This document shows, in pieces, positions 54,129-63,794 of a stretch of 64,000 nucleotides of DNA. Every line of letters begins with the position of its first letter. Position 1 is the first letter of the stretch. Source of the stretch: an uncultured Clostridium sp. (GTDB taxonomy: Bacteria; Bacillota; Clostridia; TANB77; CAG-508); assembly GCA_947426525.1 (NCBI GenBank), contig CANEEJ010000003.1, positions 8,241 through 72,240 on the forward strand, given 5' to 3'. A program made the position numbers and the translations under genes. A model generated the notes under the pieces. The model searched no databases. It saw nothing but the letters and a program-made list of their open reading frames with translations, and was not told the origin of the DNA.

Positions 54129-54170
54129 TTGGGACGGTTCTTTTCCGACATTCATGTCGGTTTTGGGACA
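54129..54170. repeat. Partial family-C palindrome in the dnaE 5' region
   Basis: TTGGGACGGTTCTTTTCCGACAT-TC-ATGTCGG...; the left arm matches 47382..47405 and the right arm is truncated. Confidence 0.6.
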
Positions 54171-54250
54171 CATCTTCTCTTTTCCTGCTTTTTTCTTCGT
54201 TATTATATCACTTTTTTTTCAAAAGTTCTACTCTTTTTATTATGATAACC

Positions 54251-54278
54251 AAGAAAAAACCTTGTCCTTCGACAAGGT
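54251..54278 (-). terminator. Intrinsic terminator (ACCTTGTC-CTTC-GACAAGGT plus T-run on the minus strand) after orphan ORF 54307..54603
   Basis: 8-bp GC-containing stem, followed on the minus strand by TTTTTCTT. Confidence 0.65.
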
Positions 54279-54306
54279 CTTTTCTTGAAAACTTATTTTG
54301 TTTCGC

Positions 54307-54603
54307 CTAGCTTGTAAGCTCACTCTCCCAAAATGCTCTTATGACAAGCAGTGCATATGCATCTACTCTCAATCGATAGCTTTCTTCTTTGAACTCTCTA
54401 TCTTCCTCATAGAGTAACTTGAGGTAGCATTTCCCGTCTTCTTCCTGCTCTTCGTAAAAGATTTTGTCTACATCTTGAGACATCATTCTTAATTCATGCA
54501 GATTCTTTTCCTCTTCTTCTAAAACCTTCATGATTGCCAGGAATTTTCTCCGGTTTGTTTTTACCTCTTTGCCGTCTTTTTCCAGCTTAATATAAGTTTT
54601 CAT
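54307..54603 (-). CDS. Orphan small protein (98 aa) in a GC-richer insert
   Basis: AGGAGG RBS and an in-frame CGG at 54552. An 11-bp hairpin (ATTTCGGAGGC/GCCTCCGAAAT, 54629..54660) lies in its 5' region. Confidence 0.5.
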   Translation of the reverse strand: MKTYIKLEKDGKEVKTNRRKFLAIMKVLEEEEKNLHELRMMSQDVDKIFYEEQEEDGKCYLKLLYEEDREFKEESYRLRVDAYALLVIRAFWESELTS

Positions 54604-54794
54604 TTTTCGTCCTCCTACTTTTTATTTATTTCGGAGGCAACAGTGAATAGCCTCCGAAATTTTCCGGAAGGCATATTACCTTCTTTATTTTCTATTATAC
54701 CATATCAGTTTACATATTGCAAATTTTAGACAAAACTATTGTATTCTTTTCATTTTATGGATATAATTTATTAGAAAGAAAGGGGTGAAATTTT

Positions 54795-55460
54795 ATGAGT
54801 GAAGATATAAGTGTTCAAAATAAACTATTTGGAAAAACATTCTTTTGGATGTTCTTAGGGCTTTTAGGGTCAGGAATTATCGCTTGGTATACGTATGCTT
54901 CTGGTTTATTTATGGATATTTTATTAGGTGATTATTTTGACATTTTGTTAATTGTTGAATTATTAGTAGTTTTAGCTTTTAGCCTTTTGTTTAAAAAACT
55001 ACCACCTTTACTTGTTGGCATCTTATATTTTGTCTATTCTATGATAAATGGAGTTACACTATCTGTTATCTTTGTTGTTTTTGAATTAAGCTCTATTACT
55101 TATTTATTTGCTATTTCTGCTATTATATTTGCAGTTTTAGGTATTATAGGATATATGACAAATAAAGACTTAACATCCTGGGGACCTTATTTATCAGTCT
55201 TTTTAATAGCTGGTATTCTTCTTAGCATTGTTAATGTTTTTATCTTAAAAAATACTACTTTTGAACTTATCTTAGATTGGCTAATTTTAGCTCTATTCTT
55301 TGGTATTACAATTTATGATATTAATAAGATGAAGCTTTTACAAGAAGAACCTTCCATTGATACTAATAAAATTCACATTTATTGTGCTATGCAATTATAC
55401 TTAGATTTTATTAATATTTTCTTACGAGTTCTTTCTATTTTTGGAAAGAGAAAAAATTAG
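54795..55460 (+). CDS. BAX inhibitor-1/YccA-family membrane protein
   Basis: 221 aa with 7 TM helices and the typical C-terminal pattern (YCAMQLYLDFINIFLRVL). Confidence 0.75.
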   Translation: MSEDISVQNKLFGKTFFWMFLGLLGSGIIAWYTYASGLFMDILLGDYFDILLIVELLVVLAFSLLFKKLPPLLVGILYFVYSMINGVTLSVIFVVFELSSITYLFAISAIIFAVLGIIGYMTNKDLTSWGPYLSVFLIAGILLSIVNVFILKNTTFELILDWLILALFFGITIYDINKMKLLQEEPSIDTNKIHIYCAMQLYLDFINIFLRVLSIFGKRKN

Positions 55461-55512
55461 AAAACAAAAAAGTCATTCTTTCTTACGATTGAATGACTTT
55501 TTTGTTCTAGAA

Positions 55513-55821
55513 TTAAATCAATTTCGCCAACAAGTTGCATAATTCTGGGTTTCCTTTTATTATCCAACTAGGGCCAACTTTTCCTTTTGGAATTTTTTCC
55601 GAGAATAATAAAATTTCTCCATTTTCTACTTTTACTTTTCTTTCTGTAATGATGTAATTCAATACCATCATTGCCTCTCCTCTTTGTTTTGGATCTGTAA
55701 AGCTTTCCATTTCGTTAATAAAATTCTCTAATTCGCCCCGTTTGTACTTAATTTTTGGTTTTCCTTCGACTACAATTTGGGCAGAAATAGCCCATTTGAG
55801 CTCTTTGTTTAATTCTAACAT
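55513..55821 (-). CDS. Orphan hypothetical protein (102 aa)
   Basis: GGAGG RBS and an in-frame CGG at 55740; composition somewhat GC-richer than the backbone. Confidence 0.5.
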   Translation of the reverse strand: MLELNKELKWAISAQIVVEGKPKIKYKRGELENFINEMESFTDPKQRGEAMMVLNYIITERKVKVENGEILLFSEKIPKGKVGPSWIIKGNPELCNLLAKLI

Positions 55822-55924
55822 ATTCTACCTCCATTAGCCTCTATATCTAGAAGCATCCCCCATTTTTTTCATACTTATTATTATAGCACATTATGTTCTT
55901 TTTTTCAACATTTTCTAGTAAAAT

Positions 55925-55953
55925 TTGACAACAATTCTTCTTTTCGCTATAAT
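55925..55953 (+). promoter_or_regulatory. Consensus promoter TTGACA-17-TATAAT upstream of the thioesterase gene
   Basis: Perfect hexamers with a 17-nt spacer, 25 nt upstream of ATG 55978. Confidence 0.65.
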
Positions 55954-55977
55954 ACTTTTTTGAAAGGAAGCGATTGC

Positions 55978-56391
55978 ATGGAATTTACTTTTGAAAGAAG
56001 AATTAATTATTATGAAACCGATCGAATGGGAGTTGTTCATCACTCCAATTATATTCGTTTTTTGGAGGAAGCTAGATGTCAAATGTTGGATGCCAATGGC
56101 ATGCCTTATTCCTCTTTTGAAGAACAGGATGTTATGATACCAGTTCTTGGTGTTAATTGTCATTATAAACAACATGTTACTTTTGATGATATTATTGTAA
56201 TTAAGCCTTTTGTAAAAGATTTTAATGGCGTTCGTTTAACAATGGGTTACGAAATAATCAATAAAAAAACAGGTGGTTTAGTTTTAACGGGTGAAACAAA
56301 ACACTGTTTTACTGATATGCACTTAAAACCAATTCGTTTGCAAAAACAGATTCCTGATTTTTATGAAAAATTTATAAAATTAAAATCATAG
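55978..56391 (+). CDS. Acyl-CoA thioesterase, 4HBT/YbgC family
   Basis: MEFTFERRINYYETDRMGVVHHSNYIRFLEEAR is a hot-dog fold signature. Confidence 0.8.
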   Translation: MEFTFERRINYYETDRMGVVHHSNYIRFLEEARCQMLDANGMPYSSFEEQDVMIPVLGVNCHYKQHVTFDDIIVIKPFVKDFNGVRLTMGYEIINKKTGGLVLTGETKHCFTDMHLKPIRLQKQIPDFYEKFIKLKS

Positions 56392-56403
56392 AAAAATGCA
56401 AAA

Positions 56404-56432
56404 TTGCCAAAAAGGACCGTCCCTTTTGGCAA
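56404..56432. terminator. Bidirectional terminator hairpin TTGCCAAAA-[GGACCGTCCC]-TTTTGGCAA with a GGGACGG word in the loop
   Basis: 9-bp stem with T-runs on both strands, between convergent genes. Confidence 0.7.
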
Positions 56433-56439
56433 TTTTTAT

Positions 56440-56988
56440 TTAGAAATATCTTTTTAATAAACCTTCAAATCCTCTTCCATGTCTTGCTTCATCTTTGCAC
56501 ATTTCATGTACAGTGTCATGGATTGCGTCATATCCTAATTCTTTTGCTCTTGTTGCTAATTCTTTTTTTCCTTTGCAAGCTCCGCATTCTGCTTCTGCTC
56601 TTAAAGATACGTTTTTCTTTGTATCTGGATATACGATTTCTCCTAATAATTCTGCAAATTTAGCAGCATGTTCTGCTTCTTCCCAAGCATATCTTTTGAA
56701 AGCTTCCGCTATTTCTGGATATCCTTCTCTATCTGCTTGACGGCTCATAGCTAGGTACATTCCTACTTCTGTGCATTCTCCCATAAAGTTGTCTTTTAAT
56801 CCTTTTACTACTTCTTCATCTAATCCTTTTGCTACTCCAATTACGTGTTCATCAACATATTCATTAGCACCTTGTTCTTGTGCCTTTTCTTCAAACATTT
56901 CTTTTCCTACTCCACATTGTGGACATCTTTCTGGTGCTTCTTCTCCAAAGTGGATATAACCACATACTTTACATACATATGCTTTCAT
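56440..56988 (-). CDS. Reverse rubrerythrin (N-terminal rubredoxin-like CxxC...CxxC plus ferritin-like diiron domain)
   Basis: [21 protein letters not shown] at the N-terminus, plus [13 protein letters not shown] and a second E..H motif. Confidence 0.8.
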   Translation of the reverse strand: MKAYVCKVCGYIHFGEEAPERCPQCGVGKEMFEEKAQEQGANEYVDEHVIGVAKGLDEEVVKGLKDNFMGECTEVGMYLAMSRQADREGYPEIAEAFKRYAWEEAEHAAKFAELLGEIVYPDTKKNVSLRAEAECGACKGKKELATRAKELGYDAIHDTVHEMCKDEARHGRGFEGLLKRYF

Positions 56989-57163
56989 ATTTTATTACCT
57001 CCTTTAATTATCTCTATTGATTATATAAATTTTTTAAGTTTTGTCAATCCTTTTCACAAAAAAATCATAAATCTTAAAAAATGACTTTTATTTTTTGTAT
57101 TTTTATGATACAATCTAGAAAGTTTTAAAAAGATTTGTCAAAAGATGAAAGGAAGGAAATTTT

Positions 57164-57445
57164 ATGGAGTTAAATAGATGTAGTAGATGTGGAAATTTTT
57201 ATGTAGCAGAAGGAAATGTCTGCCCTAAATGTAGTGCAAAAGATGGATTTGAATTTTCAACTTTTAAATCTTATGTACAAGAAAATGGTTTTGATGGTTC
57301 TTTAAATACCATTTCAAATGATACAGGAATTTCTGTTAAAAACTTAAATCGTTTTGTTGGTTACCCAGAATTCCAAAATTACCAAAAAGAATTAAACAGT
57401 ATTGAAGAATTAAAAAATGCAATTGGTGAACTTGGTAATAATTAA
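57164..57445 (+). CDS. Small zinc-ribbon protein (93 aa)
   Basis: CSRCGNFYVAEGNVCPKC motif. Any resemblance to YvyF-type proteins is only a guess. Confidence 0.5.
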   Translation: MELNRCSRCGNFYVAEGNVCPKCSAKDGFEFSTFKSYVQENGFDGSLNTISNDTGISVKNLNRFVGYPEFQNYQKELNSIEELKNAIGELGNN

Positions 57446-57470
57446 TTTCACTATGACTATGTTAAAATGA

Positions 57471-57587
57471 AAGTTTATTCTATTTTTTATGCAGTAACAA
57501 TTCGGGGGACCAGTAAGATTACAGTCTGTTATGTGAATTACAGACTGTTCGCAACTGGGAGTTACAAAGAAAAAATAGAATAAACTT
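57471..57587 (+). other. 117-nt rod-like nested inverted repeat (18-bp outer stem, inner stems GTAAC/GTTAC, CCAGT/ACTGG, ACAGTCTGT/ACAGACTGT) followed by a T-run, upstream of tyrS
   Basis: All stems were read directly from the sequence, and the interior is GC-richer than the surroundings. It could be a terminator of the upstream gene, a leader RNA or a MITE-like insert. Confidence 0.5.
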
Positions 57588-57621
57588 TTTAATAAATATA
57601 ACAATTGAAAGGTTGATAAAT

Positions 57622-58836
57622 ATGGAAAATGTCTTTAATATATTAGAAGAAAGAGGATACATTGAACAAATGACCCATCCACAAGAAATCAAAGAACTAT
57701 TTGGTAGGGAATCTGTTCCTTTTTATATTGGAATTGATCCAACAGCTGATAGTTTGCATGTTGGTCACTTTGTTTCTTTAATGGTTGCAAGTCACATGCA
57801 AAAATGTGGTCATAAACCAATTATCCTAGTTGGTGGTGGAACGGCAACCATTGGTGACCCTTCTGGAAAAACGGATATGAGGAAAATGCTTTCTCGTGAA
57901 GAACTAGACCACAATGTAGAATGTCTAAAAAAACAAATTGAAAAATTTGTTAGTTTTGAAGGAGAAAATAGTGCTATTATCGTTAACAACGCTGACTGGT
58001 TACTAGATTTAAAATTTGTTGATTTTGTTCGTGAAATTGGTAGTTTGTTCTCTGTTAATCGAATGCTTGCTGCTGAATGTTACAAACAAAGATTGGAAAC
58101 TGGTTTAACCTTTTTCGAAATGAGCTATATGTTAATGCAATCTTATGACTTCTTATATCTATATAACAAATATGGATGCAAACTTCAAATGGGTGGAAAC
58201 GACCAATGGTCTAACATCATAGGCGGTGTTGATTTAATTCGAAAAATTGGAAAAGACGATTCTTTTGGTTTAACCTTTAAACTATTAACTACCAAAGAAG
58301 GTAAAAAAATGGGTAAAACCGAAAAAGGTGCTTTATGGTTAGACCCCAAAAAAACATCTCCTTATGAATTTTATCAATATTGGAGAAATGTAGAAGATGG
58401 AAGTGTTGAAACTGTATTTAAAATGCTTACTTTCTTACCAATTGCACAAATAAAAGAATTATCATCTTACCAAGACCAAAGAATTAATGAATCTAAAAAA
58501 GTTTTAGCTTATGAAATTACCAAATTAGTTCATGGTGAAGAAGAAGCCAAAAAAGCAGAAGAAGCTTCTAATGCCCTATTTAGTGGACAAGGTAGCTTAG
58601 CTAATATGCCAACCGTAAAAGTAGAAAATACTGATATTTCTATTTTAGATGCTATTATTTTAACTAGTATCGCTCCTTCAAAAGGTCAAGCTAGAACATT
58701 AGTTACTCAAGGTGGCATTTCTTTGAATGATGAAAAAATTACAGATGTAAATTACATTCTTTCTGATAAAGATTTTGCAGATGGCTATGCTATCTTAAAA
58801 AAAGGAAAAAAAGTATTTTATAAATTAGAAAAATGA
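57622..58836 (+). CDS. tyrS: Tyrosine--tRNA ligase
   Basis: HIGH-type motif (SLHVGHF), KMSKS-type motif (KMGKT) and a C-terminal S4-like domain. Confidence 0.95.
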   Translation: MENVFNILEERGYIEQMTHPQEIKELFGRESVPFYIGIDPTADSLHVGHFVSLMVASHMQKCGHKPIILVGGGTATIGDPSGKTDMRKMLSREELDHNVECLKKQIEKFVSFEGENSAIIVNNADWLLDLKFVDFVREIGSLFSVNRMLAAECYKQRLETGLTFFEMSYMLMQSYDFLYLYNKYGCKLQMGGNDQWSNIIGGVDLIRKIGKDDSFGLTFKLLTTKEGKKMGKTEKGALWLDPKKTSPYEFYQYWRNVEDGSVETVFKMLTFLPIAQIKELSSYQDQRINESKKVLAYEITKLVHGEEEAKKAEEASNALFSGQGSLANMPTVKVENTDISILDAIILTSIAPSKGQARTLVTQGGISLNDEKITDVNYILSDKDFADGYAILKKGKKVFYKLEK

Positions 58837-58866
58837 GACGGTTGGGGACAGGTCTTAACTGTCTCA
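58834..58866 (+). repeat. Family-A REP/terminator-like element; its first 3 nt are the tyrS TGA stop
   Basis: Identical 33-mer to 50150..50182. Confidence 0.85.
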
Positions 58867-59154
58867 TTTGCTTTTTTCTACAATTTCTACTATGTCTGCA
58901 ATATACTCTCCAATCACAGGAATATTTAAAGTCACAATTTTTTGAAGTAAAATAACCAACATCGCTGTAATTATTGTAACGCCTATTCCAATTCCCACTC
59001 CCCTAGCAATTCCTGCTAGTAAGTTTCTTTTGATTATTTCTTTTTTATTTCCTAGTAAGTACGACCATTCTAAATAATTTCCCTCTTGTAACATATTACT
59101 TAAGTTTTCAATTGCTTTTTCTAATATCTTTATTTTTTTGTTTTTTATCCACAT
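58864..59154 (-). CDS. Small membrane protein (96 aa; DUF5665-like)
   Basis: One or two TM helices (GIARGVGIGIGVTIITAMLVILLQ). Confidence 0.5.
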   Translation of the reverse strand: MWIKNKKIKILEKAIENLSNMLQEGNYLEWSYLLGNKKEIIKRNLLAGIARGVGIGIGVTIITAMLVILLQKIVTLNIPVIGEYIADIVEIVEKSK

Positions 59155-59199
59155 ATAAAAAACCCACCTTTTTATTAGGGTGGATTTTTTTGTTTTATT

Positions 59200-62061
59200 T
59201 TATTCATTTACAACATTTGTGTTAGAAATCCATGTATTAGCATTTACATTTGTATTTGTTGTATTGGTTTGATTGGTTGTTTTTTCTAATTCTTCTTTTT
59301 TCTTATCTTCTTCCTCTTTTACCGTTTCTAATGAAGTAATTAATTCTTGCAATCTATTTAAGTCTTTTCCCATCATTTCCCAATCATTATTCTGGTTGGA
59401 TTGTGTTAAGTTTTTATTAGCTTTTATAATAGCTTCGATTAGTCCTTCGATGTCCTCTGTATTTTCTACTTCAATATCAACAGCATTGGTAGAAAGTAAT
59501 TTTTCTAATGCATTTGCTAGCGTATCTCCAATTGCTACTTTATTTCCAGAAGCAACAATTACTTTTTTAAGAATTGGTATTTCTGATTCGTTTAACATAG
59601 TTTGATAAATTGGCTCTACGTATAATAAAGTATTGTTGATTGGTACTACTATCATTTCTTTGGTTAATCTAGTTCCTGTTGTATTTAAAGCTTCTAATTC
59701 ACTTGCAATTACTTCATCTTCTTCAATTTGTTTGTCTAATTGCATTGGACCTACAATATTGCTATCTGCTGATAATTTATACAATTTTAATTGATTGTTT
59801 CCATTTTCAGCACTTCCTACTAAATAAGAAATAAGATTTTGCTTTTCATCTGGTGTATAGATTTGTACTAATCCAAATTGTTCCCCATTTGCTGTTTTTA
59901 CCATAGTGTAATATGGTTGCATGTAGGTTCCTGTTGCTTTGGTTGATTTAATACTATTATATTTTGCAATGTCCCATAAGTCGTCCGCACGATATAAAAC
60001 ATCTGGTTTTACATTGTGATATACTTTTAAAATTTCCGCTTGTACATTATACAAGAATTTAGGATATACGAAATGATCTGCTATGTCGTTTGGAATTTCT
60101 TCATCTAAATCTACAAATAAGGTGTCATAAATGTTTCTATATGCCATTGCAATTGGGTCTGTTCTGTCTGTTATGTAGTATGACATCGTTCCATCATAGC
60201 TGTCTACTATTACTTTAACTGAATTTCTAATATAGTTGATATTTTCTTTCATTCCGTCATGTTCAATTGATGTATATTGTGCATATGGATAACTGCTAGA
60301 CACTGTATAAGCATCAATTACCCATACTATTTTTCCTTCTTCTGTCACTACCGTATAAGGATTTTGGTCGTAAATTAAGTATGGCATTGCTTTTTTCGCT
60401 CTTGTTATAATGTCCCTATTAATCAATATCTTACTATCTCCTGTCATTTCTCCTGAGAATGCTAAGTTTAAATCCCCTTTTGTAATTCCTAAGATAAGTC
60501 TATCTAAAAAGTTCAATTGTAACCCTGCTTTTCCTGCATAAGCTGAAGTATAGTCTGTTCCATTTTCGTCTGTATAGTCATATTCTTGTTTGTTTTTTGC
60601 ATTGGTTGCAATCGTTTCTTTTGTCTCTAATCCAAAATACATACGTGGTTGTTTGATTTGTATTTTTTCATCTTTTCCAGACACTTCTTTTTGTATATAT
60701 TGTACATTTCCTGTTTCCGTACTTTCTGTTGCAGATGCTATAATTTCTCCCATTCCATGTGTATATTCATAAGTTTTATTGTTGTATGTTCTTCCTAGAT
60801 TTTTAATTTCTCTTGGGGCTACATATACTACTTGTTCTTTACCATTTACTTGATATTTTGCTAAATTTGCATTTCGGTAAGAAAAATATCCTGTTTCTGT
60901 TTGGCTATCTTCTAATGTTTTTAAAACTGCTTCTTGGCTTATAATTGGTATATTATTAATTACATTACTATTTTTTGCTACTTCTTCACTTGTTATGGTT
61001 CCTGTATTTTGTATATTAGTTTCATCAATATTGATATTATAGGCATTTTTAGTATTTTTAATATTTTCTGCTATATATTCTTTTTCTTTATCTAATTCAT
61101 TAAAACTTACAAATACTAAATCAAATACCATCATAACAATAAATAGTATTACTAAATATCCTGGAATGACTGCTAAATTCTTTAATACACGATTGGTGTT
61201 TCCTTCTTTGAAATATTTTAATGCACGGTAAGCAAATACTACAATAATGACAGCAAATATAGCATATCCCCATAATTTAATGGTTGTCTCTGTCATCCCT
61301 GCTCCTACAATATCAATGTCATCATTTACTGTTAGTAGTTTTCCAAATACCATATTTTGAGCATTCAATACAGTCATAATCGCAATTCCAATAATAACGA
61401 ATAATATGTTTCTTGTTAATTTTTTCATAAATAAACTTTGTTTTAACATTTTTCCGTCAATTCCATCAAAAAATCTGTTAAATACAATTACATAGTATAA
61501 TGCCATATAAATTGATAATCCTACGAATAAAACCGTAAAATATAAAGCAAATGCTTCGATTACTGGTTTTTGAAAAAAGTAATAGGCAATGTCTAAGTTA
61601 AAAATCGTATCTTGTATACCAAAAGAGGTACTATTGACAACTAACATGATTTTTTGCATTAGCACAGCTGATACTACAATACTTACAATAGCAGATATCA
61701 CTAAAGCTAATGATTTATTTAATAGCTTTGGCATTGGTTTGTTTTCTTTTTCAAAAAACTCTTTTAATCCTTTTTTAATTCCTCTATTGGTTAGATAGAT
61801 AATGAAATATAATATCACAAAATTAATTGCCATAATCACATATTTATAAATCATATTGGTATAAAAAATGTGAAGGTATTGCTCTCCTAATTCTTGATAT
61901 TCTAAATAGCTTCCTCTTAATTGAATGTAGCTAATTCCTGCAAATACTAGTACAAATAAGATAACCAGTATCATTCTTGTTTTACTTTTCTCCTTCTTAT
62001 TTCTTTTTCTCGTTTCTTTTGTGTTAGCTGTATCCATTATCGTTTCTTGTTTTTCTCCCAC
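59200..62061 (-). CDS. UPF0182-family large membrane protein
   Basis: 953 aa with ~7 N-terminal TM helices, a large extracytoplasmic domain and an acidic, Asn/Thr-rich tail. Confidence 0.7.
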   Translation of the reverse strand: MGEKQETIMDTANTKETRKRNKKEKSKTRMILVILFVLVFAGISYIQLRGSYLEYQELGEQYLHIFYTNMIYKYVIMAINFVILYFIIYLTNRGIKKGLKEFFEKENKPMPKLLNKSLALVISAIVSIVVSAVLMQKIMLVVNSTSFGIQDTIFNLDIAYYFFQKPVIEAFALYFTVLFVGLSIYMALYYVIVFNRFFDGIDGKMLKQSLFMKKLTRNILFVIIGIAIMTVLNAQNMVFGKLLTVNDDIDIVGAGMTETTIKLWGYAIFAVIIVVFAYRALKYFKEGNTNRVLKNLAVIPGYLVILFIVMMVFDLVFVSFNELDKEKEYIAENIKNTKNAYNINIDETNIQNTGTITSEEVAKNSNVINNIPIISQEAVLKTLEDSQTETGYFSYRNANLAKYQVNGKEQVVYVAPREIKNLGRTYNNKTYEYTHGMGEIIASATESTETGNVQYIQKEVSGKDEKIQIKQPRMYFGLETKETIATNAKNKQEYDYTDENGTDYTSAYAGKAGLQLNFLDRLILGITKGDLNLAFSGEMTGDSKILINRDIITRAKKAMPYLIYDQNPYTVVTEEGKIVWVIDAYTVSSSYPYAQYTSIEHDGMKENINYIRNSVKVIVDSYDGTMSYYITDRTDPIAMAYRNIYDTLFVDLDEEIPNDIADHFVYPKFLYNVQAEILKVYHNVKPDVLYRADDLWDIAKYNSIKSTKATGTYMQPYYTMVKTANGEQFGLVQIYTPDEKQNLISYLVGSAENGNNQLKLYKLSADSNIVGPMQLDKQIEEDEVIASELEALNTTGTRLTKEMIVVPINNTLLYVEPIYQTMLNESEIPILKKVIVASGNKVAIGDTLANALEKLLSTNAVDIEVENTEDIEGLIEAIIKANKNLTQSNQNNDWEMMGKDLNRLQELITSLETVKEEEDKKKEELEKTTNQTNTTNTNVNANTWISNTNVVNE

Positions 62062-62085
62062 AAAAATTTCCTCCTTTTTTTTCTA

Positions 62086-62991
62086 TTATATAATTGCTTT
62101 TACGAAATCACTAGAATTGAAGATTTCCATATCATCAATTTGCTCTCCTACACCTATAAATTTTACTGGAATTTTGTTTTCTTCTACAATTCCAATTACC
62201 ACTCCACCTTTGGCTGTTCCATCTAGTTTTGTCAATACTAAACCTGTTATATCTGCTTCTTCTTTAAACGCTTTTACTTGTGAAATAGCATTTTGCCCTG
62301 TTGTTCCATCAATTACTAGTAATACTTCTTTGTCCGCTTCCGGCATTTCTTTGTTAATCACTTTTTGAATTTTATTCAACTCGTCCATTAAATATTTCTT
62401 ATTATGCAATCTTCCTGCTGTATCTACCATTAAAATATCAGCATTTTTTTCTTTCGTTATTTTGATGGCATCATACACAACAGATGCAGGGTCTACTCCC
62501 TCTTCTCTTTTTACAATATCTGCTCCTGCTCGTTTGGCCCATATCTCCAATTGCTCTACTGCTGCTGCACGGAAGGTATCGGCTGCTGCTACTACTACTT
62601 TTTTTCCATCCTTAGCTAGTCGATTTGCCATTTTTCCAATTGATGTTGTTTTTCCAACTCCATTTACACCAACTACTAAAATAACAGATGGCTTTGTTTG
62701 CAAGTGTAAATTAATGTTTGTTATATCTAATATTTTTTGCATTTCTTCTCGTAAGGCTTGTTTTACTTCTTCTTCCTCTTGAATTTTTTCTTTTTTTAGT
62801 CGATTTCTTAAATTTCCTATTATTTTTATGGATGTATCCATTCCAATATCTGACATAATTAAGATTTCTTCTAATTCGTCTAAAAAGTCTTCATCGACCT
62901 TTTTAAAACTTTTGAATACGTTATTTATTTTTTCGTCAAATGAACTTTTTGTCTTGTTCATTCCTTGTTTTAACTTGTCAAAAAATCCCAT
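62086..62991 (-). CDS. ftsY: Signal recognition particle receptor FtsY
   Basis: NG domain motifs GVNGVGKTTSIGK, DTAGR and TKLDGTAKGG. Confidence 0.95.
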   Translation of the reverse strand: MGFFDKLKQGMNKTKSSFDEKINNVFKSFKKVDEDFLDELEEILIMSDIGMDTSIKIIGNLRNRLKKEKIQEEEEVKQALREEMQKILDITNINLHLQTKPSVILVVGVNGVGKTTSIGKMANRLAKDGKKVVVAAADTFRAAAVEQLEIWAKRAGADIVKREEGVDPASVVYDAIKITKEKNADILMVDTAGRLHNKKYLMDELNKIQKVINKEMPEADKEVLLVIDGTTGQNAISQVKAFKEEADITGLVLTKLDGTAKGGVVIGIVEENKIPVKFIGVGEQIDDMEIFNSSDFVKAII

Positions 62992-63162
62992 TTAAATTTC
63001 TCCTTATTGTTTTTTCTTAAATCGTTATCTATTGTAACACATATTGACTTTTTTTTCCATACTTTCTAACCAAATAATAAAATTTAGTTGTGTTTTTATG
63101 TGAACCGTGCTATAATATAACTGTTTCCTATAAAAAGAGTAAACATTGAAAGGAGAAAATTT

Positions 63163-63630
63163 ATGGTTGGAAAAATAGTAAGACTGGAAGGCATCTCTGG
63201 AAAAAGCGGTTTTGAAGTTCTTTATGGCTTTGACGATATGCCCACTACTCGGCACATCCCTGTAAAAGAGTTCTCTACATTTTTGGGTTCTATCTCTTTT
63301 GGAAATTTAAATCCAGATGTAAGTAGAACCTATATTAAAGGCGGACATATCATTACCGATAGGAAAGATGGCTTTAAAGACATTCTTATCTTTAACGATA
63401 ACTTATCCAAAGAAGATAACGAAAATTACCTGTTAGTCATAATTCCTTATGCTACCCAATTAATTAGTACTTCTAAAAAACTTGCAGGAAGATACTACTC
63501 TGAGGCAGTTTTGGAAATGTATCCTGGCGATACTGTTACAGTATCTAAATCACTTGCTAAAGAAGATCGGGAAGTTTTTATGGTTGTTCAGGCCGGAAAT
63601 GAACTTTTTTTGATTAAAAAAACTCGTTAA
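63163..63630 (+). CDS. Orphan hypothetical protein (155 aa) in a GC-richer segment
   Basis: AAAGGAG RBS and in-frame CGG codons at 63250 and 63568. Confidence 0.5.
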   Translation: MVGKIVRLEGISGKSGFEVLYGFDDMPTTRHIPVKEFSTFLGSISFGNLNPDVSRTYIKGGHIITDRKDGFKDILIFNDNLSKEDNENYLLVIIPYATQLISTSKKLAGRYYSEAVLEMYPGDTVTVSKSLAKEDREVFMVVQAGNELFLIKKTR

Positions 63631-63663
63631 GTTTACTCAAACTCTCTATTTTAAGAGAGTTCT

Positions 63664-63698
63664 AGAGAGTTCCAACAATGGAACTCTCTTATTTTATT
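63664..63698 (+). terminator. Intrinsic terminator AGAGAGTTCC-AACAAT-GGAACTCTCT plus T-run
   Basis: 10-bp stem followed by TTATTTTATTT. Confidence 0.7.
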
Positions 63699-63794
63699 TG
63701 ACATTTCCCCTAAAAAAATGTTACAATAGATAGCATAAAATTTGTTTTGTCACTAGTTGTTAAAATTTTTCATACTAGAAAAGGAGATGTTACT

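Noticed and set aside
57471-57587. SRP (4.5S) RNA or 6S RNA assignment for the rod-like hairpin
   Set aside because: It lacks the conserved SRP domain-IV sequence (GGUCCGGAAGGAAGCAGCC-like, GNRA loop). It is also too short and lacks the central bubble expected of 6S RNA.
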